Notes: generated from the sequence alone by a model not told the origin. A stretch of DNA of 64,000 nucleotides from Candidatus Woesebacteria bacterium (GCA_035402805.1 DAONDY010000001.1:84098-148097); one strand, 5' to 3'; shown: positions 1-9,508, counted from the first letter of the stretch. Translations and numbers: made by a program.

Positions 1-40
1 GTCTAAGGCCTCAAATTTACCTTTGCCAGTTTTAGGAGAA

Positions 41-619
41 ATGTCTACTTCTATTACCCATAATACTGATATAATAGGATCATCAACCAATATTAGTTCA
101 CCTAAAAAAAATATGGAAAACAAAAAAAAGAATCTCCTCCCCATCGTTGCAGTTTTTATTTTCACTGCCGCTTTAGCTTCAATTATAATTTGGGTTGTTT
201 TAAATCGAAATACTAGCGAAATTGAAAATCCAGTCGACAATAAAGAAGTAATTGAAACCAATATCACTCCAACAGAAATTCCGCTACCGACTCCAACTAT
301 TGCTGAAATCAGTAAAAAAATTAAAATCCAAGTTTTAAACGCTACTGAAATTAACGGCCAAGCCGCTACAGTTAAAGCTATCCTTACTAAACTCGGTTTT
401 GAAAATGTTGCTGTTGGTAATGCTAAAATCTCTGCTACTGAAAATTCAGTTCAAGTCAAAGACGCTTCAGTCTCTGCCTATTTTGAATCTAAATTAGCTA
501 CCGATTTTCCAGCTACCTATACTGAAGACCTAACTAAGACTTCTAACTATGATGCTGTCTTTACCATTGGTACTGATTTAAGTGGCAAAGTTGCTACCCC
601 AACCGCTGCTGAAGAGTAA
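41..619 (+). CDS. Membrane-anchored LytR_C (LytR/CpsA/Psr C-terminal) domain protein
   Basis: The N-terminal TM helix (LLPIVAVFIFTAALASIIIWVVL) is followed by a C-terminal block IQVLNATEINGQAATVKAILTKLGFENVAVGNA...VQV, typical of the LytR_C domain. ATG at 41 follows AGGAG; the ORF track extends to a TTG at 23. Confidence 0.55.
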   Translation: MSTSITHNTDIIGSSTNISSPKKNMENKKKNLLPIVAVFIFTAALASIIIWVVLNRNTSEIENPVDNKEVIETNITPTEIPLPTPTIAEISKKIKIQVLNATEINGQAATVKAILTKLGFENVAVGNAKISATENSVQVKDASVSAYFESKLATDFPATYTEDLTKTSNYDAVFTIGTDLSGKVATPTAAEE

Positions 620-640
620 TTTTTTTAAATTATCAAATCA

Positions 641-670
641 AATCCCTCGTGCAAGCGGGGGATTTTTAGT
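641..670 (+). terminator. Rho-independent terminator after the LytR_C gene
   Basis: The stem atccctcg/cgggggat is followed by TTTTT. Confidence 0.6.
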
Positions 671-690
671 TTTAATAATTTTTTCCAACA

Positions 691-749
691 AAAAACCCGA
701 ACAAAAAATTAATAATGCCTAAGCATCACTAAATTTCGATCGGGTTTTT
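691..749. terminator. Bidirectional terminator-like hairpin bounding the GC-rich islet
   Basis: aaaacccga ... tcgggtttt closes a loop containing the inner hairpin atgc-ctaa-gcat. A-runs and T-runs lie on both sides, so it can serve the minus-strand NUDIX-like gene. Confidence 0.45.
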
Positions 750-761
750 CAGAATGTTGAA

Positions 762-1526
762 TTATTGTATTGGGAGTGTACCTTTAGCCCACATCTTAGC
801 AATAACTGCCAAAAAGAAGCCATCAGAACAGGTAGAGATGAAGTCTTTCAGTTCACTTATACGGCGAACCTTAACTTTCGATCTGACTTCGAACTTGTCG
901 GTGTTCTCACCGTCAAAAACAAAATCAGAGGCCAATACAATTGAAAACAGAAATGGCGAATTGTTCGTCATTCCCTAATCAGGTGAATACTGACCAAGTT
1001 GATCAATCGAAAGAATGGTTGTTGAAGTGACACCCATTTCTTCCTTAAGTTCTCGAACCATATTGGCCAGGAATTTCTCGGCAGTTGCCATATCTACTTC
1101 TTCGGCAAATCCACCAGGCAGATCAATACAGGTTTTTCCGCCGGCCGCAAATTTCTCTGCTTCCAGATAGGTAAAGGAGTTGATCTTTCCGAACGAATCG
1201 GCCAGGAATACTATGCCCTTAGCTCCGCTCATGACGCCCTTCGCCCACGAGAAGTATTCATACTTGAACATCTTCCCTTCAGGGTTTCTGACATCAAAGC
1301 GGGTCAGGCAGCCGAATCCGCCGGTAAGCAGTTCGGACATTGCCACGACTTCGAGTCCACCGATTACGTCGTTTCTGTTTGCCAGATCGACAAGGTAGCC
1401 TGTCCAGCTGTCGCCCAAATTTTCAATCATAGATTGAAGTTCTGTTGTTGTGTTCTGATACCATTGTCTTGTTTGAATCTTTTTCAACGCTTCCAACTTA
1501 TTCATTTCAAACCTCTTTCTCCTCAT
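762..1526 (-). pseudogene. NUDIX-like hydrolase gene interrupted by one in-frame TAG, compositionally foreign (~45% GC vs ~33%)
   Basis: ORF 975..1526 (183 aa) carries a Nudix-box-like LPGGFAEEVDMATAEKFLANMVRELKEEMGV (REx2EExGU) close to its C-terminus and ends in ...SPD-TAG. ORF 762..971 (69 aa) continues in the same frame one codon later (TAG GGA ATG...). Elsewhere TAG is a genuine stop in this genome (rplP, ychF). Confidence 0.45.
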
Positions 1527-1772
1527 TTCATCTTTCTAACGAACAGGAATCTGGTCCAGAATTATCAGGAACACATTCCTATTCACCATAAGATTTTCAA
1601 CAAATCTGATTTTAAAAGTACTGAATTTTTAGTTTTTAAAACTAGCTTTTAGTTATAAAATCCATCAAATTCATAAAAATTATATCCTATAATACTATTT
1701 TTGTCAATTTATAAGATTAATTTTAAAGTTAAACTTGCCTTACTAATCCTAATTGAGTAAAATGAGTTTACT

Positions 1773-2780
1773 ATGAAAATTTTAATTACCGGCGGTTGTG
1801 GTTTTATTGGTTCGAATTTTATTAAATATTGGTTTAAAAATCATCCCCAAGATTCCATTATTAATCTCGATAAGATGACTTATGCCGCCAATCCTCGCAA
1901 TTTGGTTGAGTTTGAAAATAATCCTAATTATAAATTTGTCCAAGGTGACATTTTAGATGAAAAAATTGTCGATGATTTAGTTTCTCAAATTGATGCTATT
2001 GTCCATTTTGCCGCTGAATCTCATGTTGATAGATCAATTGATGACCCTTCACTTTTTGTTCGTACCAATGTTTTAGGCACCTATAATTTATTAATGGCCG
2101 CTAAAAAATATCAAAAACGATTTCACCATATTTCCACTGATGAAGTTTTTGGTACCATCGAGCTTGATTCTACTGATCAATTTAACGAATCTACTCCTTA
2201 CGATCCTTCCAGTCCTTATTCTGCCTCCAAAGCTTCCTCTGATCATTTAGTTCGATCTTTCTATAAAACTTTTGGTCTTCCCGTCACCATCAGTAACTGT
2301 TCCAATAATTATGGTCCCTATCAGCATCCCGAAAAGATGATTCCTCGATCTATTACTAGTCTTTTAACTGGTGGCAAAATCAAAGTTTATGGACAAGGTT
2401 TAAATTTCCGCGATTGGCTTCATGTTGAGGATCATTGTCGAGCTATCGAATTAATTCTATTAAATGGAAAGATAGGTGAAACATATTGCATTGGTGGTCT
2501 TAAAAAGGGAACTAATAATATGGAATTAGTTAGACTTCTTTTAAAATTAATGAATAAGGGTGAAGATTCTCTAGAATATGTAGCCGACCGACCAGCCCAT
2601 GATAATTATGCCGTAAATTGGGACAAAATAAATAAAGAACTTGGTTGGAAACCAAAATATGATTTAGAATCTGGTTTAAAGCAAACCGTCGATTGGTATA
2701 CTGCTAATCAAACCTGGTGGCAGGAAACCAAAAAAGAAGCTGAAGAATTCTATATTAAATTAAACAGTTTAAAAAAATAA
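1773..2780 (+). CDS. rmlB: dTDP-glucose 4,6-dehydratase
   Basis: MKILITGGCGFIGSNF Rossmann N-terminus and the YSASKASSD catalytic YxxxK region are present; it is followed by rmlC and rmlD. Confidence 0.9.
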   Translation: MKILITGGCGFIGSNFIKYWFKNHPQDSIINLDKMTYAANPRNLVEFENNPNYKFVQGDILDEKIVDDLVSQIDAIVHFAAESHVDRSIDDPSLFVRTNVLGTYNLLMAAKKYQKRFHHISTDEVFGTIELDSTDQFNESTPYDPSSPYSASKASSDHLVRSFYKTFGLPVTISNCSNNYGPYQHPEKMIPRSITSLLTGGKIKVYGQGLNFRDWLHVEDHCRAIELILLNGKIGETYCIGGLKKGTNNMELVRLLLKLMNKGEDSLEYVADRPAHDNYAVNWDKINKELGWKPKYDLESGLKQTVDWYTANQTWWQETKKEAEEFYIKLNSLKK

Positions 2781-3337
2781 TGCCCGAATTTATTAAAACT
2801 AAAATTGAAGGCTTAATTATTGTCAAACCTACAGTATTTACCGACGACAGGGGATTTTTTATGGAAACATATTCCAAAAAAATTTTTGCCGAAAATGGTA
2901 TTGATGTTGAATTTGTTCAAGACAATCATTCTCAATCAACTAAAGGTGTTCTCCGTGGTCTTCACTTTCAAAAACCACCCTTTTCTCAAGACAAGTTAAT
3001 TCGTTGTACCCGTGGCGAAGTTTTTGATGTTGCGGTTGACTTACGATCAAATTCCCCCACTTTTGGTCAATGGGAGGGAGTTACCCTTTCTGCTGAGAAT
3101 AAAAATATGTTTTTTATTCCTAAAGGTTTTGCTCATGGTTTTTTAGTTTTATCAGATGTTGCCGATTTCCAATATAAATGTTCTGCTTTTTACAACAAGG
3201 AGTCTGAATCGGGTTTATTATGGAATGATCCAGATATCGCCATCGATTGGCCTAAATTAGAGTCAGAATTTATTTTGTCCGATAAAGATAAACTCTGGCC
3301 AAGTTTTTCCGAAATTAAAAACAATCCAATTTTCTAA
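2780..3337 (+). CDS. rmlC: dTDP-4-dehydrorhamnose 3,5-epimerase
   Basis: The cupin-fold RmlC signature (FTDDRGFFMETYS, RGLHFQ, HGF) is present; the start overlaps the rmlB stop. Confidence 0.9.
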   Translation: MPEFIKTKIEGLIIVKPTVFTDDRGFFMETYSKKIFAENGIDVEFVQDNHSQSTKGVLRGLHFQKPPFSQDKLIRCTRGEVFDVAVDLRSNSPTFGQWEGVTLSAENKNMFFIPKGFAHGFLVLSDVADFQYKCSAFYNKESESGLLWNDPDIAIDWPKLESEFILSDKDKLWPSFSEIKNNPIF

Positions 3338-3339
3338 AT

Positions 3340-4236
3340 ATGCAAAAAATAATCGGCACCGGTCTCTCCGGTTTAGTTGGTTCTCGAATAGTTGAGTTAT
3401 TAAAGGATAAATTCGAATTTGTCGATTTTTCTTTGGATAAAGGTATTAATATATTAGATAATGCCAGTCTTTCCACTGCTTTTGAACTAAACAAAGATGC
3501 TGTTACTGTCCTTCACCTCGCTGCCTTTACTGATACTAATGCCGCTTGGGAGCAAAAGGGCGATAAATCTGGAATTTGTTACCAATTAAACGTTGAAGGC
3601 ACCAGAAATATTTTAAATTTAGCCCAAAAATACAATCAATATTTAATCTACATTTCCACTGATTTTGTTTTTGATGGCACTAAAAACACCCCCTATTTAG
3701 AAACCGACACCCCAAATCCCATCGAATGGTACGGCGAAACTAAATATCTTGGTGAAAAAGTTATTACCGATTCTGGCTACCAAAATTTTAATATTTCTCG
3801 AATTACTTATCCTTATCGTGCCAATTTTGACAAAAAACCCGACATTATTAAAAAAGTTTTAGCTAAACTTCAAAATAACGAACCAGTCAAAATGTTTTCC
3901 GATCAAATTTGTACCTATACTTTCATCGACGATATTGCCCAAGTTTTGGGATATTTTTTAGAAAACAAAGCTACTGGGATTTACCATTTAGTTGGTTCTT
4001 CGTCTCATTCTCCTTATGAAATGGCCAAATTAGTCGCTAAGGCTTTTGGATTTGATGAAAATTCAGTTCAAGCTTCTAGCTTGGAGGATTATATAAAATC
4101 ACAATCAGCCGATTCTCGTCCTTGGCAAAAAACCCTTATTACCTCCAATCAAAAAGCCAAATCTTTAGGCCTATCTTTTAAAACTCTCGAAGAAGGCTTA
4201 GAAGAAATTAAAAACCAAATAAATTATGGAAGGTAA
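3340..4236 (+). CDS. rmlD: dTDP-4-dehydrorhamnose reductase
   Basis: It is an SDR-fold protein of RmlD-like length, with conserved blocks (GTGLSGLVGSRI, YISTDFVFDG, YGETK) and sits directly after rmlBC. Confidence 0.75.
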   Translation: MQKIIGTGLSGLVGSRIVELLKDKFEFVDFSLDKGINILDNASLSTAFELNKDAVTVLHLAAFTDTNAAWEQKGDKSGICYQLNVEGTRNILNLAQKYNQYLIYISTDFVFDGTKNTPYLETDTPNPIEWYGETKYLGEKVITDSGYQNFNISRITYPYRANFDKKPDIIKKVLAKLQNNEPVKMFSDQICTYTFIDDIAQVLGYFLENKATGIYHLVGSSSHSPYEMAKLVAKAFGFDENSVQASSLEDYIKSQSADSRPWQKTLITSNQKAKSLGLSFKTLEEGLEEIKNQINYGR

Positions 4237-4891
4237 TTCAGAATTTATCCCAAAGTCAGACAATATTCGTTATCAACCTCGATGTGCCAACAAAGATACT
4301 GTCACAGAAACCATTTTTGGTTCTTATCAAGGCAGTTATGAATATATTCCAATTGATAAAGCTATCGAAAATATTCCCGATCCTTATGGTATTTTTCCAA
4401 AATTAGAAACCTCTCTAAAAGATTTCAAAAATTTATCTAATGCCGAAATCACCCAAAAAATAGCCGAAATCGTTACCACTAATACTGACATCCCAATTAT
4501 TATTGAACCATTTCAAAATTACGATCAACTTCGTGGAAAATTAGATAATGGTAATGTTTATTTTCATCAAAATTCATCAATGGAAAAAGTTTTTGGAATT
4601 CATTCTAAACAATATGAACCAAATCAAGATCAAATCGATTTTAAGAATCCAAAGGGAAATGTCATTTTAATCAATCAACTTTTGATTGACGATAAAAACA
4701 CCACCAAAACCATCATTCATGAACTTGGTCATATCGTTGAAGAAAAAATTTTAGATCCAGACCAAGAAAGAACAGAAGTTGTTTCAGCTATGTATGGATA
4801 TAAAATGGCCAAAATATTAGACTTTGAAGAAGTTGCCCAAAATCAAAAAGATCTTTATGATTTTGTTTTAACTGGTAACGTTAATCCCTAA
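4226..4891 (+). CDS. Hypothetical cytoplasmic protein with C-terminal HExxH (HELGH) metallopeptidase-like motif
   Basis: It overlaps the rmlD stop by 11 nt, so is probably co-transcribed. It has a TIIHELGHIVEE motif and no signal peptide. Confidence 0.5.
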   Translation: MEGNSEFIPKSDNIRYQPRCANKDTVTETIFGSYQGSYEYIPIDKAIENIPDPYGIFPKLETSLKDFKNLSNAEITQKIAEIVTTNTDIPIIIEPFQNYDQLRGKLDNGNVYFHQNSSMEKVFGIHSKQYEPNQDQIDFKNPKGNVILINQLLIDDKNTTKTIIHELGHIVEEKILDPDQERTEVVSAMYGYKMAKILDFEEVAQNQKDLYDFVLTGNVNP

Positions 4892-6066
4892 TCTATCATC
4901 TCCACTAATTTTTTTGCTTCCCTTACCGCAAAATTAATTCCCCTGTCTTCAGGATAAATCTGGGCAAAATTTAATTGGTATAAGTTTTTTCCAATTTTGT
5001 ATTTTGGTTTTTTATAATTAGTCGTTACGATATGCTGAGCATTTTTAAATCTAAAAACCTTTTTTTCCAAAATTTGTTTTTCATCAAAATCAGGCTTAAT
5101 TTTCTTTAAATAATCAAAAAATTCTTTTTCAACTTTTTCTTCTTTAATTTTAAAATACTTATGATTTTTAGGCACATAAGTTCCTAAATAATAAATATTT
5201 TTTCCGTCATAATTTTCACTGCCCACCAAATTAGTGTGTTGAATTAAAGCCAAAAAAGGGGAGTTTAAATCATTAATATTATGCCAATAATATTTACTCA
5301 AGTTTTGGTTAGATGAAAAAATCACATTTACCGCTCCCACATAATCAATATTTTTAGTTGGTCTAGTGTCAATTACAATATCAAAATCATTTTCTAATTT
5401 TTTAAGATCATTAATTTCTTTATTAACGATGTTTACTTTTTCTTTCAATTTATCAATTATTTGTCCAAATCCACCATCTAAATATCCTAAGACTTCTTGC
5501 CCTTTTTCATTTTTTGAACCTCCTCTAGTATGAATTCTTGCCCACAACCACGCCATTGAAACATCTTTATAATATTTATGGAATTTTCCTTTTAAAAGTG
5601 GTTTCCAAATTACATCAAATGCTTGTTTTCCTGCCCATTTTTCCATCCAATCATTAGCTGTCGTTTTTTCATATCTTAAAAAATTATTATCAAATTTAAG
5701 CCATAAATAGACCATTCCTAACCTAAATTTAGAGACCAAGTCTAGTTTATTGAATTTTAATAAATCAATTACTCCCATAAATGGGTACATTTTTTTCTCA
5801 AAATAAAGGCAGACGGTACTTTTATACCATTTTAATTTATTAGATAATCCCAATTCTTCAATTAAATCAATGATTTCTTTATCGGTTTTAAAAATATGAT
5901 GATAGGTTTTTTCTAAATTATTACCGGCCATCTTAAAGTCCGAAATTAATCCTCCAATTTCTTTTTCTTTTTCAAAAACAGTTACCTCGTAACCCTTTTT
6001 AAATAGTTCATAACCTGCTGTTAAACCGCCGATTCCTGCGCCAATAATCGCCGCTTTTTTTTTCAT
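4888..6066 (-). CDS. FAD/NAD(P)-binding oxidoreductase (amine-oxidase / UDP-galactopyranose mutase-like)
   Basis: The N-terminal dinucleotide-binding motif AAIIGAGIGGLTAGYEL is followed by ...FEKEKEIGGL and a HHIF block resembling Glf/amine-oxidase folds. It is convergent with the rml operon. Confidence 0.65.
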   Translation of the reverse strand: MKKKAAIIGAGIGGLTAGYELFKKGYEVTVFEKEKEIGGLISDFKMAGNNLEKTYHHIFKTDKEIIDLIEELGLSNKLKWYKSTVCLYFEKKMYPFMGVIDLLKFNKLDLVSKFRLGMVYLWLKFDNNFLRYEKTTANDWMEKWAGKQAFDVIWKPLLKGKFHKYYKDVSMAWLWARIHTRGGSKNEKGQEVLGYLDGGFGQIIDKLKEKVNIVNKEINDLKKLENDFDIVIDTRPTKNIDYVGAVNVIFSSNQNLSKYYWHNINDLNSPFLALIQHTNLVGSENYDGKNIYYLGTYVPKNHKYFKIKEEKVEKEFFDYLKKIKPDFDEKQILEKKVFRFKNAQHIVTTNYKKPKYKIGKNLYQLNFAQIYPEDRGINFAVREAKKLVEMID

Positions 6067-6152
6067 AAATTATGGTATCATAAGTCCATCGCTGTTGCTT
6101 TAATGCAACGGTTTTTATTATTAAATTTTTTTAAAAGCTAAAGAATTAAAAT

Positions 6153-8255
6153 ATGGCTGAACAAATTAAGCTTACCAAAAATCGCGACGTACCTATGGAT
6201 AAAGTCCGAAATATCGGAATTATTGCTCATATTGATGGTGGTAAAACAACCACTACTGAACGTCTTTTATTTTATACTGGAAACATTCACAAAATCGGTT
6301 CCGTCGATGCTGGTACCACCACCACCGATTCTATGGTTCAAGAGAGAGAACGAGGTATCACCATTCAATCTGCCTGTGTGACTACTTTTTGGCATGATTA
6401 TCGTCTAAATATCATTGATACTCCGGGACACGTTGATTTTACCGCCGAAGTGGAACGATCTCTTCGTGTTCTTGATGGTGCCATTATGATTTTTGATGGA
6501 AATGCCGGTGTTCAGGCTCAATCTGAAACAGTTTGGCGACAGGCCGATAAATACGGTGTTCCTCGAATTGCCTTTGTTAATAAAATGGACAAAATTGGTG
6601 CTTCTTTTCAGGGTACTTTAGATAGTATTAACGAGAAACTTCATGCTCCTATCTGTCCTGTAGTTTTACCTATTGGTGAAGAACACGATTTTATGGGGGT
6701 TATCGATCTCATGAATATGGAGATGATTATTTATGATAAAGATGAAGAAGGTATGGATTTTACCAGAAAACCTGTCACTGACGAATTTAAAGAAAAAGCC
6801 CTTAAAGCCAGAGCTCTTATGGTTGAAAAAATTGCCGGCGAAGATGAAGTTTTAATGGAAAAATTCTTAAATGATCAAGAAATTTCTATTCCTGAATTAA
6901 AAGCCACTCTTAGAAAAGCTACTATTGCTCGAAAATTATTTCCAATTTACTGTGGTGCCGCTTGGAGAAACAAAGGTATTCATCCGATTCTAGACGGTAT
7001 CGTTGATTATTTACCTTCTCCTCTCGATTTACCCCCAGTTGAAGGTTATGATCCAGAAACTAATGATGTAATTACTCGAAAACCAGAAAAAACAGAACCA
7101 TTGTCAGCTCTTTTATTTAAAGTTCAGTCCGATCCACATGTTGGAACTTTATCCTATGTTAGAGTATATTCTGGTACATTAAAATCCGGATCCGAGGTCT
7201 ATAACACCACTAAACAAAAATCAGAACGTATTGGTCGTTTACTTTTAATGCATGCTGATAAAAGAGAAGGAATAGAAGAAGGTTTTGCTGGAGAAATCGT
7301 GGCGTGTATTGGTTTAAAAGAATCTACCACTGGTGATACTTTATGTGACTCTAATAATGTTATTTCTTTATCACCAATTCAATTTGCTGAACCAGTTATT
7401 TCTCTTTCCATTGAACCTGCCACTGCTGATGATCAAGAAAAAATGGGTGCTGCTTTAAACCGCTTAGCTGTTGAAGATCCAACCTTTAGAGTTTCTTATA
7501 ACCAAGAAACTGGTCAAACAATCATCGCTGGAATGGGCGAACTTTATCTTGAAATCATTGTTGATCGTTTAAAAAGAGAATTTGGTGTCAACGTAAAGAC
7601 CGGTGCTCCTCAAGTCGCTTATCGAGAAACCATTTCACAAAATGCCGATGGTGAGGGTAAATATATTCATCAATCTGGCGGTCATGGTCAATACGGTCAC
7701 TGTAAAATCAAAGTTGAACCAAAAGAAAGAGGGGAAGGTTACGAATTTGTTAATGCTGTCAAAGGTGGAGCAATTCCCGCCAACTTTATTCCAGCCATTG
7801 AAAAAGGTGTTAAAGAAACTTTACAAAAAGGTATTATTGCTGGTTTTCCAGCTACTGATATCAAAGTAACAGTTTATGATGGAACCTACCACGAAGTCGA
7901 TTCTTCTGAAATGGCTTTCAAATTAGCCGGTGCTTATGCTATTAAAGATGCTTTTGCTGCTGCTAAGCCCTTGGTTTTGGAACCTATCATGAAATTTGAA
8001 GTTGCCGCTCCATCTGAATTTTTAGGAACAGTTATTGGCGATTTATCTTCTCGACGTGGTCAAATTAATGGAACTGAAGATAGTCATGGTTTCACCACTG
8101 TTCATGCTTTCGTTCCTTTAGAGGCTGTCGGTGGTTATGCCACTGTTATCAGATCTCTAACTCAAGGTAGAGGATCTTTTTATATGGAACCTTGCCGTTA
8201 TGACCCAGTCCCTCGCGACATCCAGGAAAAATTAACCACTAAAACCAACGGTTAA
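6153..8255 (+). CDS. fusA: Elongation factor G
   Basis: AHIDGGKTTTTE and DTPGHVDF G-domain motifs are present, at full EF-G length (700 aa). Confidence 0.97.
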   Translation: MAEQIKLTKNRDVPMDKVRNIGIIAHIDGGKTTTTERLLFYTGNIHKIGSVDAGTTTTDSMVQERERGITIQSACVTTFWHDYRLNIIDTPGHVDFTAEVERSLRVLDGAIMIFDGNAGVQAQSETVWRQADKYGVPRIAFVNKMDKIGASFQGTLDSINEKLHAPICPVVLPIGEEHDFMGVIDLMNMEMIIYDKDEEGMDFTRKPVTDEFKEKALKARALMVEKIAGEDEVLMEKFLNDQEISIPELKATLRKATIARKLFPIYCGAAWRNKGIHPILDGIVDYLPSPLDLPPVEGYDPETNDVITRKPEKTEPLSALLFKVQSDPHVGTLSYVRVYSGTLKSGSEVYNTTKQKSERIGRLLLMHADKREGIEEGFAGEIVACIGLKESTTGDTLCDSNNVISLSPIQFAEPVISLSIEPATADDQEKMGAALNRLAVEDPTFRVSYNQETGQTIIAGMGELYLEIIVDRLKREFGVNVKTGAPQVAYRETISQNADGEGKYIHQSGGHGQYGHCKIKVEPKERGEGYEFVNAVKGGAIPANFIPAIEKGVKETLQKGIIAGFPATDIKVTVYDGTYHEVDSSEMAFKLAGAYAIKDAFAAAKPLVLEPIMKFEVAAPSEFLGTVIGDLSSRRGQINGTEDSHGFTTVHAFVPLEAVGGYATVIRSLTQGRGSFYMEPCRYDPVPRDIQEKLTTKTNG

Positions 8256-8277
8256 TAATTCTCAATTTGATTTCAAA

Positions 8278-8304
8278 TACCCCGCCATCGCGGGGTATTT
8301 TATT
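8278..8304 (+). terminator. Rho-independent terminator after fusA
   Basis: The stem taccccg/cggggta is followed by ATTTTA. Confidence 0.7.
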
Positions 8305-8314
8305 GCCTGAAATC

Positions 8315-8343
8315 TTGACTTTTTGACTAATTTATCCTATAAT
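8315..8343 (+). promoter_or_regulatory. Sigma-70-like promoter (TTGACT-17-TATAAT) for ORF 8499
   Basis: An exact TTGACT lies at 8315-8320, then a 17-nt spacer, then TATAAT at 8338-8343. Confidence 0.6.
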
Positions 8344-8409
8344 AAGGACATATTGAAACATATTCTTTAAGCTGAACATCTTTCAATTGTACTTTAAAAG
8401 CTAGGTTGT

Positions 8410-8465
8410 AATTGATGAGCGGAAACATGGTTTCGATTTTTTGATGCCATCTTTCCGTTCATCAA
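8410..8465 (+). promoter_or_regulatory. Long imperfect inverted repeat (19-bp stem, 16-nt loop) in the ~150-nt leader of ORF 8499
   Basis: TTGATGAGCGGAAACATGG ... CCATCTTTCCGTTCATCAAG forms a 19-bp stem with one mismatch and one G-U pair. Confidence 0.45.
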
Positions 8466-8498
8466 GAACGAGAAAATTAAAAAGGTGGCTTCAATAAT

Positions 8499-8888
8499 AT
8501 GGTTAAAATCGATCTGTGGATTGAGTTTTTCAATCCCCCAAAAGGACTCAAGAGTTGGTATTCGATCCCTTCTATAAGAATTTTATATCCTGAGATAATA
8601 GATCTAGATGAAAGTCTTTGGATAAAATGGTCCCTACCACTTTTTGATGTAAGTTTTTTTATTCAAAACGGTGGATGGCAAAATCTACCTCATTGTTTTC
8701 ACCTTGAAACTGGTGACTTTGATCCTGATTTCAAGTTAATGGATGAAGGCCAAGACTATCAAAAAATCGGTAATTTTTATGTAAAAAAGAGTCCTCTACA
8801 ACCAGGGGCGGTTTTTAACGGAGTAAACGATGATCTTTTTATATTTAAAAAACTAGGAGAGTATGAATACCTCGTTTCAAAACTATAA
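8499..8888 (+). CDS. Hypothetical Trp-rich protein (orphan) inserted between fusA and tuf
   Basis: This 129-aa ORF has its own promoter, leader and downstream terminator. I recognise no family. Confidence 0.5.
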   Translation: MVKIDLWIEFFNPPKGLKSWYSIPSIRILYPEIIDLDESLWIKWSLPLFDVSFFIQNGGWQNLPHCFHLETGDFDPDFKLMDEGQDYQKIGNFYVKKSPLQPGAVFNGVNDDLFIFKKLGEYEYLVSKL

Positions 8889-8910
8889 TCTTACTTTTAC
8901 AACCTAGTAG

Positions 8911-8968
8911 CCCGACACAGTAAGTCAAAACATTTAATTATGTTTCGCATGTGCCGGGTATTTTTTTT
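8911..8968 (+). terminator. Terminator-like nested hairpin followed by T8
   Basis: cccgacac ... gtgccggg has an inner aaacat/atgttt hairpin and is followed by TTTTTTTT. Confidence 0.45.
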
Positions 8969-9003
8969 GTCTTTTTTCTGAAAGCTGTGTCGTAATAAAA
9001 ATT

Positions 9004-9300
9004 ATGAGTCTTGAATACATAGTTTATACAGATAAATCAAAAGAAACACCCAATAGCCTCATTGAAACCCAAGATAAAATTTTTATAGTTAGGGTTTTAA
9101 GTGAACATTTTTCTAAACCAGACAGTTTAACCGCTCAAGATGATGGAATTCCAATGGAAAATATTAATATTCCAGAACTAATAGAACGAGTCAAAAATAA
9201 CGATTGTCTTGGTACTTACTCATACAATGTCCATCAAATCAACGGAGACTTAACCAAAGTTGCTGCCTCAAGAGAATTGAAACGCCCCGATAATTTCTAA
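9004..9300 (+). CDS. Hypothetical protein (orphan) inserted between fusA and tuf
   Basis: This 98-aa ORF has no TM segment and no motif I recognise. Confidence 0.45.
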   Translation: MSLEYIVYTDKSKETPNSLIETQDKIFIVRVLSEHFSKPDSLTAQDDGIPMENINIPELIERVKNNDCLGTYSYNVHQINGDLTKVAASRELKRPDNF

Positions 9301-9400
9301 AAGTTGATTTAAATATCTTTTTTTGTGCTAAAATTTTACTTAACTAGATTTAGATAATTATTTTTCTAAAAAAAGGCATTAAATTGCTTCTTTTTGTGTA

Positions 9401-9429
9401 TTGCAAAGCTCCAACTCAGCTGGTACAAT
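9401..9429 (+). promoter_or_regulatory. Sigma-70-like promoter for tuf (TTGCAA-17-TACAAT)
   Basis: TTGCAA at 9401-9406, a 17-nt spacer, then TACAAT at 9424-9429. AAGGAG lies 7 nt before the tuf ATG. Confidence 0.55.
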
Positions 9430-9508
9430 CTAAAAGCATTTTAATCTTAAATTATTAATTAAGAATTTCGTCTTAAACAAGACAAAAATAAAAAAAAGGA
9501 GAAAACAA

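Noticed and set aside
754-978. A plus-strand 74-aa ORF overlapping the NUDIX-like region
   Set aside because: It is an antisense shadow of the minus-strand coding sequence, within a GC-rich stretch that suppresses stops. There is no RBS and the sequence has no domain.
4888-6066. Assigning the FAD oxidoreductase specifically as UDP-galactopyranose mutase (glf)
   Set aside because: The N-terminal GxGxxG...HHIF region is compatible. The remainder did not align convincingly to Glf from memory, so I left it as a generic amine-oxidase/Glf-like flavoprotein.
7603-7869. An 88-aa plus-strand ORF
   Set aside because: It lies entirely inside fusA in another frame.
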